From Candidatus Bathyarchaeota archaeon (lineage in GTDB: Archaea; Thermoproteota; Bathyarchaeia; Bathyarchaeales; Bathycorpusculaceae): 64,000 nucleotides of DNA. A model generated the notes under the pieces. The model ran no database searches, was not told the DNA's origin, and worked only from the letters and a program-made list of their open reading frames with translations. The number at the start of each line of letters is the position of its first letter. The first letter of the stretch is position 1. Where the stretch lies: the NCBI GenBank assembly GCA_963707955.1, contig OY970176.1:1248001-1312000 (forward strand), in the 5' to 3' direction. Below are positions 1-11,755 of the stretch, piece after piece. The position numbers and the translations under genes are program-made.

Positions 1-800
<800 letters not shown>

Positions 801-869
801 CCCAGACCTGACGAGTGGAATCATAAACACTCTCCGCGGTTTTTTTTGTGTTGCTAGGAGTTGGAGAAT

Positions 870-2099
870 ATGCCGAAGTTCCTCACGTTGGATGATGTGA
901 AAGTTAAGGACAAAGTCGTACTGGTGAGGGTTGACTTCAACTCGGCAGTAGACCCGAAGACCCATAAGATCTTGGAAGACGCGAGGATTCGCGCTCATGC
1001 TGAAACAACGATTAAAGAGCTTTCCGATAAGGGCGCAAAGGTCGTGATCCTGGCGCATCAGGGACGCAAAGGAGACCCGGATTTTATTCCTTTGAAGCAG
1101 CATGCTGAAATCCTCGGCAAAATCTTGAAGAAGCCAGTCAAGTATGTTGATGACCTTTTCGGAGAAAAAGCGAAGACCGCCATAAAGAACTTGAAGAGCG
1201 GCGAAATTCTCGTTCTGGAGAACGTGAGGACGTTTGCGGGTGAAACCAAAGATGGATCGCCGGAAGAGCATGCGAAGACGGAGCTTGTGAGAAACCTTGC
1301 TCCTCTGGCGGATCTTTTCGTGAACGATGCTTTCGCAGCTGCGCACAGGGCACACGTGTCAATGGTAGGCTTCACAGCCGTATTGCCCAGCGTTGCAGGA
1401 CGCATAATGGAGAGAGAACTGAAATCGCTCAGCAAAGTGTTGGAGAAGCCGGAAAAGCCTTGCATCTTCATACTTGGAGGGGCCAAAGCGGACGACTCGC
1501 TTGAAATCTCCAAGTACGTGCTGGACAAGGATATAGCGAACACCGTGCTAACAGGAGGAGTCGTGGGCCAAGTGTTCCTGGCGGCAAAAGGTGTAGACCT
1601 TGGCAAACCGAACATGGACTACTTGGAGAAAAAGGAGCTCATGAACCTCTTACCAGGCATAAAAGCACTCATCCAAAAATACTCGGACAGAATCAAGACT
1701 CCGCAGGATCTGGCCGTAGAAGTGAACGGCAGAAGAAAAGAGATATCGGTTAACGAGCTGCCCACGGAATATTCAACTTACGACATCGGGACGAAAACGG
1801 TTGATGACTACGCTAAGATCATAAGAAAGGCGAAGTCAATCGTCATCAGCGGGCCGATGGGAGTTTATGAGAACAAGGAGTTCAGTTTTGGAACGAAGAG
1901 GATTCTTGAAGAGGTCGCGAATTCTAAGGCGTTTTCTCTGGCCGGAGGGGGACACACGATATCGGCTATTGAAGAGTTTGGGCTGAGCAAGAAAATATCG
2001 TACGTCAGCACGGCCGGTGGAGCGTTGATAGAGTTTCTGATGGGTAAGAAGCTTCCAGGCGTCGTTGCACTGGAAAAAGCTGCGGCTAGAACAGATTAA
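870..2099 (+). CDS. pgk: Phosphoglycerate kinase, archaeal type
   Basis: VLVRVDFN, LAHQGR, FVNDAFAAAHRAH, GGAK, STAGGA motifs; directly downstream of gap; ATG 870 preferred over TTG 861. Confidence 0.96.
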   Translation: MPKFLTLDDVKVKDKVVLVRVDFNSAVDPKTHKILEDARIRAHAETTIKELSDKGAKVVILAHQGRKGDPDFIPLKQHAEILGKILKKPVKYVDDLFGEKAKTAIKNLKSGEILVLENVRTFAGETKDGSPEEHAKTELVRNLAPLADLFVNDAFAAAHRAHVSMVGFTAVLPSVAGRIMERELKSLSKVLEKPEKPCIFILGGAKADDSLEISKYVLDKDIANTVLTGGVVGQVFLAAKGVDLGKPNMDYLEKKELMNLLPGIKALIQKYSDRIKTPQDLAVEVNGRRKEISVNELPTEYSTYDIGTKTVDDYAKIIRKAKSIVISGPMGVYENKEFSFGTKRILEEVANSKAFSLAGGGHTISAIEEFGLSKKISYVSTAGGALIEFLMGKKLPGVVALEKAAARTD

Positions 2100-2180
2100 G
2101 CGCGCGCTAGTGATAAGGAAAAAGCTTACAGCCTCCAACCAAGCACTTTGCGCTGTTCCACAGACAAGACCTGGGCGCGA

Positions 2181-3159
2181 CTATAGCTTCAGGAGTTTTG
2201 CGGCGTTTTCCCCGAGGATCTTCCGCTTCTCCTCGTCGCTTATATCCAGTCGCCTTATTCGCTCCACGGCTTTTTCCAAGTCGCTTATTTGGTGGGGGAA
2301 GTCGCTCCCCAGCAGGATTTTGTCGGCTCCTGAGTAGGCGTAGGATGACATGAGAATGTCCTGATCGTAGCAGATGGAGTCCATCCAGATCTTCTTGAGA
2401 TAGTTGGAGGGGGGTTCTGAGATGTTGGTCTTACATTCGGGGTAGGCGTTGAAGCCCATGTCTATCCTTCCGCGAAGGTAGGGGAAGACGTCTCCTAAGT
2501 GGGAAGCGATGAGCTTCAGGTTGGGCAACTTCTTCATGATGCCGCTGAAGACGAGCCTTAGTACGGCGAGGGCGGTGTCGACTCCGAACCCGAGGATGGG
2601 TACTAGCCTGTAGTCGCTCATCGCTGTGTGATTGAGAGGCGACGTAGGATGAATGAAAAGAGGCACGTTGAGCTTGGCTGCCTTCTCGTAGATCGACATG
2701 AGGTTCTCGGAATCAAGGGGCTTATTGTTCGCGTTTGACATCAGCGTTGCCCCACTCAGGCCGCATTCCTGAACCGCCCTTTCCAGCTCGGTCGCCGCCG
2801 CTTCTGGGTCCTGAAGTGGCAACGCCGCTAGGGCCGCGAATCGGTCCGGCTGCTTCTCAACTATCTCGCCGAAACCATCGTTCGCCAGATGAGCTAATCT
2901 TATACCTCTCATCGGAGCCTCGCGCTCCACGCTGGGCGTCGTTAGAGTAAGCACCCTGCAGGTCAATCTCATGCTTGTTCATCGCCTTGATCCTGTCCCC
3001 GAGATTAACGTGGGGTCCAACGACGATGTTGTAGTCGCCTGCGTATTGTATTAAGAGCCTGCCTTTTTCGTCCTTGGAAAATGACGCGTATCCTTTCACT
3101 CTCTTCAACTCATCGATGTAGGCCTTTGGGTAGAAGTGGTTGTGAAAGTCAACAATCAA
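2181..3159 (-). CDS. Amidohydrolase_2 family protein (ACMSD/decarboxylase-like), split by a frameshift near 2955
   Basis: N-terminal IVDFHNH lies in ORF 2857..3282; LFIHP, SHLG and LLGSDFPH lie in ORF 2181..2972; removing one base at 2954-2956 joins the frames (EIDLQ-VLTLTTP). Confidence 0.85.
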
Positions 3160-3321
3160 GCAAATTCCTCTTCTGCAGAAAACAAGAAACATCCGAATAA
3201 TAAAAGGAGTGAGGCAGTTAGCAGAACCTGAGGGGAGATTTATTCTGAATCCATATTCACGGTTAACAAGTGACTTAACCACGAACCCTCACAAAACGTG
3301 AACCGAGAAGAGGTAAAGGCA

Positions 3322-3477
3322 ATGTGTCACGATATGAGACGATTTGAAAGGATGGCGGAAGAAAAGAGACGCCGCCAGGCCGAAGGAAAAATCGATTCCA
3401 TAATCAACGAGCCCGAAGGAATCGCAGTGGCTCCGGAAACGAAACCTAAAGAAGACCAAATCAAGACGACTTCGTGA
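3322..3477 (+). CDS. Small charged hypothetical protein, 51 aa (MCHDMRRFERMAEEKRRRQ...)
   Basis: Translated by hand; GAGGT SD-like sequence upstream; fills the intergenic gap; below the ORF-track size cutoff. Confidence 0.45.
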   Translation: MCHDMRRFERMAEEKRRRQAEGKIDSIINEPEGIAVAPETKPKEDQIKTTS

Positions 3478-3510
3478 ACGCACCGTCTGCAGAAGAAGAC
3501 GTTGGTTGTA

Positions 3511-4011
3511 TCAAAAAACCTGGTTTACCGTCGTTGCTGTCTCCACGATTTCCGTCAGCTGTGATTCGCTTATCTCTCCCAAGATGAGACTCAGCGTCTT
3601 TAGCACTTTCAAACTCTTCTTTTCAAGCCTGTTCTTCAGAGCTTTCGCATAGCTTTCTCTTCCCAGTCCGGATGAGACGAAGGCTATGGCCTTTTTTCCT
3701 TCGGCGTTTGTCATCTCCTTTATGAAAGTGCTTACCGGAGGCGCTATTCGGCCGTACCAGTTGGGCGTTCCAACACAGATAACATCGTATGGACTCATGT
3801 CTTGCAGAGACCTTATCCTCGGCTTCCTGTTCAGAAAGGTGTCGAGGAGAACCCTTGGGTTAAGGTGGGGCAAGGTGCTGCTGTACTCCCTCACCATCTC
3901 GATTTTTAACACGTCGACTTCACAATTCGATTCCAAAGCCTGCTTTACAGCATTAGAGATCTTTTCCGTATTTCCCGTCTTCGAGTAGTACGCGATCAAA
4001 ACCCTCAACAC
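3511..4011 (-). CDS. Flavodoxin family protein
   Basis: IAYYSKTGNTEKI FMN-binding loop; YDVICVGTPNWYG. Confidence 0.9.
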   Translation of the reverse strand: MLRVLIAYYSKTGNTEKISNAVKQALESNCEVDVLKIEMVREYSSTLPHLNPRVLLDTFLNRKPRIRSLQDMSPYDVICVGTPNWYGRIAPPVSTFIKEMTNAEGKKAIAFVSSGLGRESYAKALKNRLEKKSLKVLKTLSLILGEISESQLTEIVETATTVNQVF

Positions 4012-4072
4012 CAGTATCCTCCTGTTTTCGGCTAGCTACTTTTGGTTGTGAGGAATGAGAAATGATGCGTGC

Positions 4073-4910
4073 CTAGTCTTTTCGGGAGACGAAGACCAAT
4101 TCTTTCGCCTTTGGTTTCTTAGGCGGCTTTATCTTCCAGTCGGGGTAGCAGTTGATCTCTTTGAAGCCAAGCTGCCTGAAGATAGTGAAGGATGTCCCAG
4201 TAGGTGAATAGCCGCGAGTGTTCGCGGTCTCGAAAGATGTGCATGCCGTCGGGAGCCTCGCTTATGCTCGTCTCCTGATCCCAAGCCACACCATGGATCG
4301 GTTCAAAGTCTTGGAGTCGACAGATAGTTGTGATGCGTATGCCACGAGCGTTGGATTCTTCAACATGAAACCCCTTATGGATCAGGTCTGAGAACCAGCC
4401 CTTACCCTCATACAAAGGATTGTAGATGTTGCAGACTAGTATGCCGCCTGACCTTAGTCCACGGTAGATCCGGCGCAGAGTCTTCACAACATCATCATCG
4501 TCTGGAAGGAGGAAGAGTATGTAGAGTGCAAGCGCTGCATCAAACTCATTCTGATACTCTATTCTCGTGGCATCACCCTGCAACAGTTTGACAGAGACAC
4601 CTTCGCGTTTAGCTCTGACTTTGGCTATTTGAACTCGTTCAGAGGTGTAGTCTTGTCCAGTGCATTGGTAGTGACGGTGCGCCAACCCGATTACGTGTCG
4701 ACCGTTTCCACACGCAACATCAAGTACCTCCCTGACTTGATGGTCTGCAAATGCGCGGAAGGCAGATTCAAGGAAGTCGAGTTGACGTTTTGTGGTCTCA
4801 GCGGCTCCTCGCTGTCGCTGAGCCAGTAGGTCTTCGTAATAGGCTATGTGAGTGTAGTAGGCACGAGAGGCTTTCAGAACATTCTCTCTTGTGTTTTCGT
4901 TTTGGTCCAT
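4073..4910 (-). CDS. Class I SAM-dependent methyltransferase with a C-terminal frameshift near 4169
   Basis: VLDVACGNGRH, GDAT and LRSGGILV motifs; removing one base restores a typical QAAGFKEINCYPDW...LVFVSRKD* end at 4073. Confidence 0.88.
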
Positions 4911-5129
4911 GATGTCAGGTCTGGTTCCGCTCAGGATATAAGATTTCTGAGGGACATCAGATTGAAATCGTGTGCCAAGGCCTAAGCGCGCTAGTCAAAT
5001 TCCAACGATTCTTCTGTTTCAGTTCTCGTAACTTGTGCAAAAATCTTTGGCCAAGCTGCAGAGGACCAGGTTTCAAGACCTAGTCCACTCATTCTATTCT
5101 TTTAAGTAATAAGAAGCGCGCGCGTTTTT

Positions 5130-5672
5130 TCACAAAGTCTCGATGGTCTGCAAGATCGCGAGTACTCCGGCTTCTCTGGCTCTTCTCTCAAGGTACTGTT
5201 TATCGAGCTTGTTTTCTTGTCTGACCAGCACGCTTTTTACGTCTTGTTCGTCAGTCACTCCCCTGTCGGGTCTGGCCAGCTTGTTAACTATGAAATCCTC
5301 TGCGGAAATGACCCATGCCAGAGTGTTCGCATCCAGTCTGACTTTCTGTCTTCTTCTGAGGTTTTCATCGTCAAAGACAATGCCGTCAGGCTTCAACCAT
5401 AGTTCTATTTCTACTTTCTCTTTTCGGTCCACAACAAGGATCAGAGGGTTATTTGGGGACTTGATAGTTGGGTCAAAATCTGCTGATTGTAGCAGATCAA
5501 GCAGATGGTTTAGTTCTTCGCCGGTTTTGATTGCCACGGCCAAGTCAACGTCGACTGTTGTTCGGATTCTTCCGTAGAAGGGAAGAGCGTAGCCTCCGAT
5601 TATCATGTAGGGGACTTTTTTGTCTTCAAACAGTTTCAGAAGTCTGTGAAGAGACCTTAATATTGCGGGCAA
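5130..5672 (-). CDS. Pol-beta-fold nucleotidyltransferase family protein (DUF6036/AbiEii-like)
   Basis: IIGGYA...RTTVDVDLAV motif; SAEDFIVNKL...R..DEQDV C-terminal motif. Confidence 0.8.
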   Translation of the reverse strand: MPAILRSLHRLLKLFEDKKVPYMIIGGYALPFYGRIRTTVDVDLAVAIKTGEELNHLLDLLQSADFDPTIKSPNNPLILVVDRKEKVEIELWLKPDGIVFDDENLRRRQKVRLDANTLAWVISAEDFIVNKLARPDRGVTDEQDVKSVLVRQENKLDKQYLERRAREAGVLAILQTIETL

Positions 5673-6036
5673 TCGTGTTCAGCTCCATGAAGATTTGGAA
5701 GGGTGAATGACCGTTTGCAACGAGTCTGCTGGCGTATGCTGCGTCTTTCGCTGCGTGGTCTAGGTCTTCTTTTCTCGCTCTGAGCGGTTTGGTTCTTAGT
5801 TTTCTGTAGGTTTCAAGGAACTCGAAGCCGAGAGGCGTGCACGTTACGGTCTTTCGGGGTCTACCTCGCTTCGAACCTGCGACCTGTTTGAACTCGATAA
5901 GCTGCTCTTCGCTCATCTTTCTTAATAAGCCGACGACGTTCGATGTTTTCCATTTCAGTGTCCTAGCTAAGTCTCTGACGCCGCTGGTGGTCGACGCTGC
6001 GGCTTCAAGTATTTGAGCTCGTTGATCCGAAGACAT
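5626..6036 (-). CDS. Winged-helix DNA-binding protein overlapping the nucleotidyltransferase gene
   Basis: GVRDLARTL...LLRKMSEEQLI...RGRPRKTVTCTPLG wHTH pattern; 47-bp overlap with the downstream gene. Confidence 0.72.
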   Translation of the reverse strand: MSSDQRAQILEAAASTTSGVRDLARTLKWKTSNVVGLLRKMSEEQLIEFKQVAGSKRGRPRKTVTCTPLGFEFLETYRKLRTKPLRARKEDLDHAAKDAAYASRLVANGHSPFQIFMELNTIARNIKVSSQTSETV

Positions 6037-6385
6037 TTTGTTTCCCTTTTGGAAACTTATTTACTCTATACGTGAAGCCCCATCTATTTAAACACAGCGC
6101 AACTCGGTTCTGTGAAATCTTCGGTTGATGATTCATTCTTGAACGCCATTGAAGCAACTAGTGCAAGTTTGCCTAATCCCATCATTCAAGTCTTGGAGAG
6201 TGGACCAAACTATTCCACTTTTCCATTTAACCTGCTCTTAAAACACATTTGGGCGCGCTGGTCAGAAAAGGGAAATGGTCAGAACTGTGGGAGGTTTGTC
6301 TGCAGTACGATGATGAGATCTCCACTCAACTTCGGGTTAAGAGACGTGTCCATGGGCTGTTCTTAAGAATTTTTCAACGTGGGCT

Positions 6386-7645
6386 CTAAAACTGCAGTTT
6401 TCTCGTGGAGCCTTCTCTCACGTCACCGGCCAGTATGAGGGCGGTCCTTTCGGGTCTGCATATTTCTGCAACATTCTCTTTGAATTCGTTGAAGTTTAGT
6501 GTTTCGAGCTGCGAGGTCAGCCCGTCCCATGAGCAGTGTCCTCTTCTGAGGGTTTCCCATGCGCCTTGCAGTGTTCTGTACATCATTGTGCTGTCGATGT
6601 TTGTTGTGAGTTGGCCGATTGCGTGGTTGCGGGCGTTTTCAAAGTGTTCCTTGAACTTGTCTGTGTCTTCTCTCAGCTCGCCGAGTGTTTCTGTCAGGAT
6701 CTTTAGGACTTTCGATGCTTTGTCTGGCCGAGTGGCGAAGGTTGTGAACAGCATGCCGGCTTCCTTGTAGCATGGTGTGAGCGTGCGGAGTTTGTCGGTG
6801 AGCTGTGCTTCCAGGACGAGGCGTCTGCGCAGTATTGATGATTGGCCGGATGAGAGCATGGAGCCGAGAATTTGAAGCGATGCCCTTTCTTGGGCAGAGC
6901 CTGTTGGGCCGCTTAGTGCCAGACCGACTTGGAGAAGCTTGGTGGGGCGGCGGAGCTCTGTTGTTGAAGGCCCTTGAGGCTTAAACTTCTCGTAAGAGAC
7001 AGTTGGGCCTTTCAACCTTTTCATCCAGTAGTCGTGACCATTCACGCAGTCAATCAGCTTGTCCATTGTCAGGTCGCCTGAGACCCATACGACTGTGTTG
7101 GCCGGGTTGTAGAGGGAGCGGAAATAATCGTGCATTTTGGAGTGTATTATGGCTTTTATGGTTTCTTCTGAACCGATGACCGTTGTGGACAGGGGATGGT
7201 CTTTGAACAGGGTGAGTGTGGCGGTTTTTTCAACCAGCTGGTCAGGGTTGTCTTCTGTGATGAAGTATTCGCTGAGGATGACGCCTCTTTCGCGTTCGAA
7301 CTCTTTGGGTTCGATTGATGCCTCGGACAGTAGGTGCAGCCATAGGTCAAGCGCTCTGATTGAGTGTTCCTTGGGGCATTCTGCAATGTATATTGTTGCG
7401 TCGACATCGGTCCACGCGTTGTTTCTTGCGCCGAGCTTGTCAAAGGTCGCGTCGACGCTCTTGACGGTTCTGGTTCCTTTGAAGATCATGTGTTCAAGAT
7501 AATGAGAGATTCCGGATACGTCTGGTTCCTCTGTGCGGCCTCCCACTGGGAAGCCGACGGCAACGCCTGCCGACTTTGCTTTGGGCAGGTTTTCCAGGAC
7601 CAGTCGCAGTCCGTTGGAGAATTTGTGAGTTTCAGTGTCGGTCAT
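6386..7645 (-). CDS. M16 (pitrilysin/insulinase family) zinc peptidase, catalytic subunit
   Basis: GISHYLEHMIFKGT (HXXEH), NAWT, ERGVILSE. Confidence 0.93.
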   Translation of the reverse strand: MTDTETHKFSNGLRLVLENLPKAKSAGVAVGFPVGGRTEEPDVSGISHYLEHMIFKGTRTVKSVDATFDKLGARNNAWTDVDATIYIAECPKEHSIRALDLWLHLLSEASIEPKEFERERGVILSEYFITEDNPDQLVEKTATLTLFKDHPLSTTVIGSEETIKAIIHSKMHDYFRSLYNPANTVVWVSGDLTMDKLIDCVNGHDYWMKRLKGPTVSYEKFKPQGPSTTELRRPTKLLQVGLALSGPTGSAQERASLQILGSMLSSGQSSILRRRLVLEAQLTDKLRTLTPCYKEAGMLFTTFATRPDKASKVLKILTETLGELREDTDKFKEHFENARNHAIGQLTTNIDSTMMYRTLQGAWETLRRGHCSWDGLTSQLETLNFNEFKENVAEICRPERTALILAGDVREGSTRKLQF

Positions 7646-8918
7646 TCTGTTCCCTCTCTTAATGTTTCGGCGAGGTTCTTCATGCTCGGCGGTTTGCCTG
7701 CGATGCTGAGCGACACTCGGGAGCTGGTGAGAGATTTTTCGAGGGTTTTTCTGATGGTTTCAGGCGTAAGTGCTTCGATTTTCGACATGTAGGATTCAGG
7801 GTTTGTTTCTGCTCCTCGGAAGAGGTTCAGGGCCAGCCAGGTGGAGGCTCTGGAGGGCACTTCCAGCATTGTTTCGATGACTTGTCGGTGAAGGGTTTTC
7901 AGTTCTTTCAGGCTTTTTTCGGGCAGGGCCTTGTCTCGTAACTCTGTCATGCACTTGAGCGTGAGACGAAGCGCTTCAGAGACTTTCTCGTGTTTCACAC
8001 CTGCATGAGCGGTTAGAAGGCCGCAGGGTTTGAGGGCGAACAGTCTTGAGCCTGGGAAGTATGTTAATCCTCTCTTTTCGCGAAGTTCCTTGAACAGGGT
8101 TCCAGCGTAATGGCGTTCGGAGCCCAAGCAGTCCTCTAGAAGCAGCAGCGCTGGGTAGTCGGGGGAAGAGACCCCGCCGTCACTGCTCCCACTGTGAAGG
8201 TTGTCTGCTGTGCTTGAAGCAAGGTTCGGAGAACGTTGAATTCTCGCCCAGAACCTGGAGTGATTTTTTCTGGCGACGGTTTGAGTGAAACGTTTTCAAA
8301 CGAAGAGGCAGCCCAGTTGACAAGCGTTTCTTCTCTTTGCTTGCCCACTATGGATATGACGAGCGGCGCGGTCCGTCTCGTTTGTTCATCAAACTCTTTC
8401 AATGTTTTAGGTGTTATCTTCTCTATTGTGTTAGGGTACCCTGTAACCGGGTGGCCCAGAGGGCTCCGTGGGAACGCTGCTTCCCAAACGTTTGTCATCG
8501 ACGCCGTCATCGGGTCCTGCGTAACCTTCTCGTACACAAGTCTTTGGGAAGCCTTTTCTTTGTCAAGTTCTGACGTTGGAAAAGACGGAAACGGGTACAG
8601 TTCAGCGAGGAGTCTCAGGCATTCTTCCAATTTCTTGGAAGGAACCTGGGCCCGGAGCAGCATATAGTCTCGGTCAGTCACAGCCTCGACCGTTGCGCCT
8701 AAGCGATCCATAGAGGCCTGCAAGGCCAGCGGGTCAAGTTTTGATGCCAGCCTCAAACGCATAGAGTTGTCTATGCACGCGCAACCTTCTATCGGGTCAC
8801 TGTAGGAACCTCTTCCCACAAGAAACGCAACTGATGCAGAACGCAGAAACCCGTTAGAAAGCGCAACGACGTTGACTCCTTTTGAAACCTCCCTGACCAG
8901 AACTGGAAAAGTGACCAC
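7642..8918 (-). CDS. M16 peptidase non-catalytic partner subunit, split by a frameshift near 8173
   Basis: M16 fold without HXXEH; ELREKRGLTY motif; adding one G in the run at 8172-8175 joins ORFs 8136..8918 and 7642..8127 (TAGVSSPDYPALLLLEDCLGSERHY); 4-bp overlap with the catalytic subunit gene. Confidence 0.85.
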
Positions 8919-9274
8919 CCACCACCTTTTCTTGAAGCCATTCCTCTAAAAGCTTTTTCTCCAGCGCGCGCTTGTCAACTGCACCAAGTTGGCCTGTGTG
9001 AACATGACGATCCTGAAGCGCGCGCGCCTCATAAAATTCGAAGGCTAACCCATTGAGCCCTGTGATTTTAATATAAGGACTTCTGATAGATCACGGAAAT
9101 TTGCGTCTGTGCTCTTAGCGCGCGCTCTTGTTGCGGTTTCTTATGGTTTTTGGAACGCGAGCTCGCACGCGAAAAGCGAGGGAGAAACGAAAGGAGAAAG
9201 GAAAAGTTTTCTCCCACGCATTTCGTTAAGTTATGAAGTGTCAATCTGCGATTTAATTCTACGTTTTTGTACGC

Positions 9275-10729
9275 GTGTGCAAACGATTTGAACAGCGCGC
9301 GCCGCTTTCCGACGACCGCGCGGGCAGAAGAAAGCCACTTTCTCGAGCCCGCGCTATACTTTATTATACTAGGAGAAAGGCAAAAAAATGGGAAGGACGC
9401 GTTTTGGGGAAAGCGGAAAACGCTCGGGAAAGTTGGCAGAGTGCGGCTCAAACTCGGGATCTGCAGAGTGGATCGGAGAGAACAAAGCGTGGCTCCTGGG
9501 TCAATGCTGTTCTTCCCTTTAACGTCGCGTTGGGGCCTGTTGGAACTCTAATCCAGCTTCTTATACTCAACCTGCATGGAACGGTAATTGATGTTGGCTT
9601 AGCTGTCACTCTTTTCAACGCGGTCAGTGTGCCCTCCGCAATAGTGTGGGGTTTTGTCACCGATCGCTTCCATAGGAGAAAGATGACAATCGTCGTAAGC
9701 TACTTGGTGACAGGTGGGGTTCTGGGTTCGTTTCTTTTTGCAACTACGGGATACCTTGTTTCGTTGCTGTACGCGTTGTTTTCGTTTGTATCATCCGCCT
9801 CAACGACGCCGCTGAATCTTCTCATCATGGAGACGGAGCGCAAGCAGAAATGGGCGACCGCTTTCGCCAGGTTCTCCATGATCACGAGCATCGGCAACAC
9901 GGTGGGGTTGATGCTGAGCGTGGTTTGGGGATTTTTCTTTTCTTTGAATTACCTCGTGCTTCTCTTGGCTATTCTCACTGTGGTATCTGCGGTTCTTGCT
10001 GTGTTGATGATACAGGAGCCCAGCGTGATCTTCGAGCGAAACGTCATAGTGCTGAGCAAACCGAGCTTCTTCGAGCGGCTTCGAGCGGACCCTTTCTTCT
10101 TTCTCAGGGTTCCCCGTTTAAGCGATTTCAGAAGAGTTTTCAGGAACCTAAAGTATGAACTTACTCGACAGATGCCTATTCTCTACTTCTCAATCTTCAT
10201 GTTCTACTTCGCGTCGGGACTCTTCAACACTTCAATCGTTTCGTCTCTGCAGGCGAATAGTCTTTCCAGCTTTCTGATCTTCCTCGTCATGACTGTAATG
10301 ATGCTGGCCCAGATAGTGGCGTTCAAGTATTCGGGACCTTACACTGAAAAGAGGTCGCTGGTGAAAACATCTGTGGAAGGGCTCGTGCTCAGATCCGCAT
10401 GTTATGGGGTTCTGGGAGTGTCATTGTACATGATTTCTGGAGTATGGTTTTTGATTCCTGTCTTGATCTTCTATCCACTCGGGGCAGGTGTTGCCTTCTC
10501 GCTCTATTACACTGCGTCCAACACGATGGTGTTCAACACGCTCAGCGGGGCGAGGCAGGGTCAATCCTTAGGAGTGTACAGTGCACTTGTGGGAATCGCC
10601 ACTCTTGTGGGTTCGGCGGTTTCAGGGTTTACGTCTTTTTTCCTCGGTTTCTCCACGACATTCATCCTAGCCGCCGCGTTTATGGGATCATCCGCATGGC
10701 TTGCCTCATTACTGGAGCATTCTAAATAG
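9275..10729 (+). CDS. MFS transporter; true start probably about 9400-9500
   Basis: About 12 hydrophobic segments; WGFVTDRFHRRK MFS loop motif; the basic N-terminal extension looks non-coding. Confidence 0.88.
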   Translation: MCKRFEQRAPLSDDRAGRRKPLSRARAILYYTRRKAKKWEGRVLGKAENARESWQSAAQTRDLQSGSERTKRGSWVNAVLPFNVALGPVGTLIQLLILNLHGTVIDVGLAVTLFNAVSVPSAIVWGFVTDRFHRRKMTIVVSYLVTGGVLGSFLFATTGYLVSLLYALFSFVSSASTTPLNLLIMETERKQKWATAFARFSMITSIGNTVGLMLSVVWGFFFSLNYLVLLLAILTVVSAVLAVLMIQEPSVIFERNVIVLSKPSFFERLRADPFFFLRVPRLSDFRRVFRNLKYELTRQMPILYFSIFMFYFASGLFNTSIVSSLQANSLSSFLIFLVMTVMMLAQIVAFKYSGPYTEKRSLVKTSVEGLVLRSACYGVLGVSLYMISGVWFLIPVLIFYPLGAGVAFSLYYTASNTMVFNTLSGARQGQSLGVYSALVGIATLVGSAVSGFTSFFLGFSTTFILAAAFMGSSAWLASLLEHSK

Positions 10730-10854
10730 CGCGAGCAGAGACAGACAAAGAGATCCAAAAACTCAAATTCTAACTACTCGTCCGGTTCAGACCGCATAAA
10801 GATTAAATTCTGCCAGCAGTTCAATACTAGTTGCAAATTGGAAATCGATTGAAA

Positions 10855-11469
10855 ATGAGCTTTTTCAAATGGTTGTCCAACAAACTCAATCCTCCTAAAG
10901 CAAGAATTATGCTTGAAACTCAGAAAGGTGAGTACGCACTTGGGGAAGAACTGAGGGGCGACATTCAAATCATGTCAGAAGAAGAGTTCGAGGTGGAGCG
11001 AATAGCGGTAAATTTGTCATGTTGGGAGAATCTCAGGAAAACGCGTACGGTTTCCACTCAGGTCGGTGACACTCAGAGGCACAGACAAGAGCAATATTGG
11101 GATCAGGCGAAACTGTATTCGGATCAATTCGTTGTCTGCAACGCTGCAAGAATACCTCAAGGTTTCAATAGTAAGTATCCGTTCACTCTGAGAATACCAA
11201 CGGTTGCGAGGGAAACATACTACAGTGTTGATAACAACGTGAAATGGTGGATGCAGGCAACCGTGAGAGTTAGAGGACACCCAAGCATGGAAACAGAAAA
11301 TCGCGAAATCTTGGTCGCAAAACAACAGACTCCTCCTCCGCCTCCGCCGATAGTTTCAAAAGAAACCATTCGGGAAGTGGTTCTGATACCTTGCCAGTAC
11401 TGCGGCGGACTCATGCCACAAACTTCAATCTTCTGTCCAAACTGCGGAGCAAGAAGAAAAGCTTCATGA
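10855..11469 (+). CDS. Arrestin-N/SpoOM-like beta-sandwich protein with a polyproline linker and C-terminal zinc ribbon
   Basis: EYALGEELRGDIQI...YPFTLRIP...VKWWMQATV pattern; TPPPPPP linker; CQYCG...CPNCG. Confidence 0.65.
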   Translation: MSFFKWLSNKLNPPKARIMLETQKGEYALGEELRGDIQIMSEEEFEVERIAVNLSCWENLRKTRTVSTQVGDTQRHRQEQYWDQAKLYSDQFVVCNAARIPQGFNSKYPFTLRIPTVARETYYSVDNNVKWWMQATVRVRGHPSMETENREILVAKQQTPPPPPPIVSKETIREVVLIPCQYCGGLMPQTSIFCPNCGARRKAS

Positions 11470-11755
11470 AAATCAGAATCTAAGACTTCGAATGTTCGGA
11501 CACAGCTGATCATCGCTTGAGCAAGTCTTTTTAGAATCTGCCCGAAGTCATTTGAAGATCTTGAACCCGTCTGTGTAGGCGTTCTCGTGTCCGCTGTCTG
11601 GCTGGAAGTGCCAGACGCGCTTTGAGCATGGCGATTTTCATGTTTACCCAGATGATTTGCAGGATCAGTATGATACCACTTGCCATGACAATTCCCAACC
11701 TTCAAAACCGCCGGCGATGGTTAAGCTTGACACACTTGTTATTGGGGATTACGCA

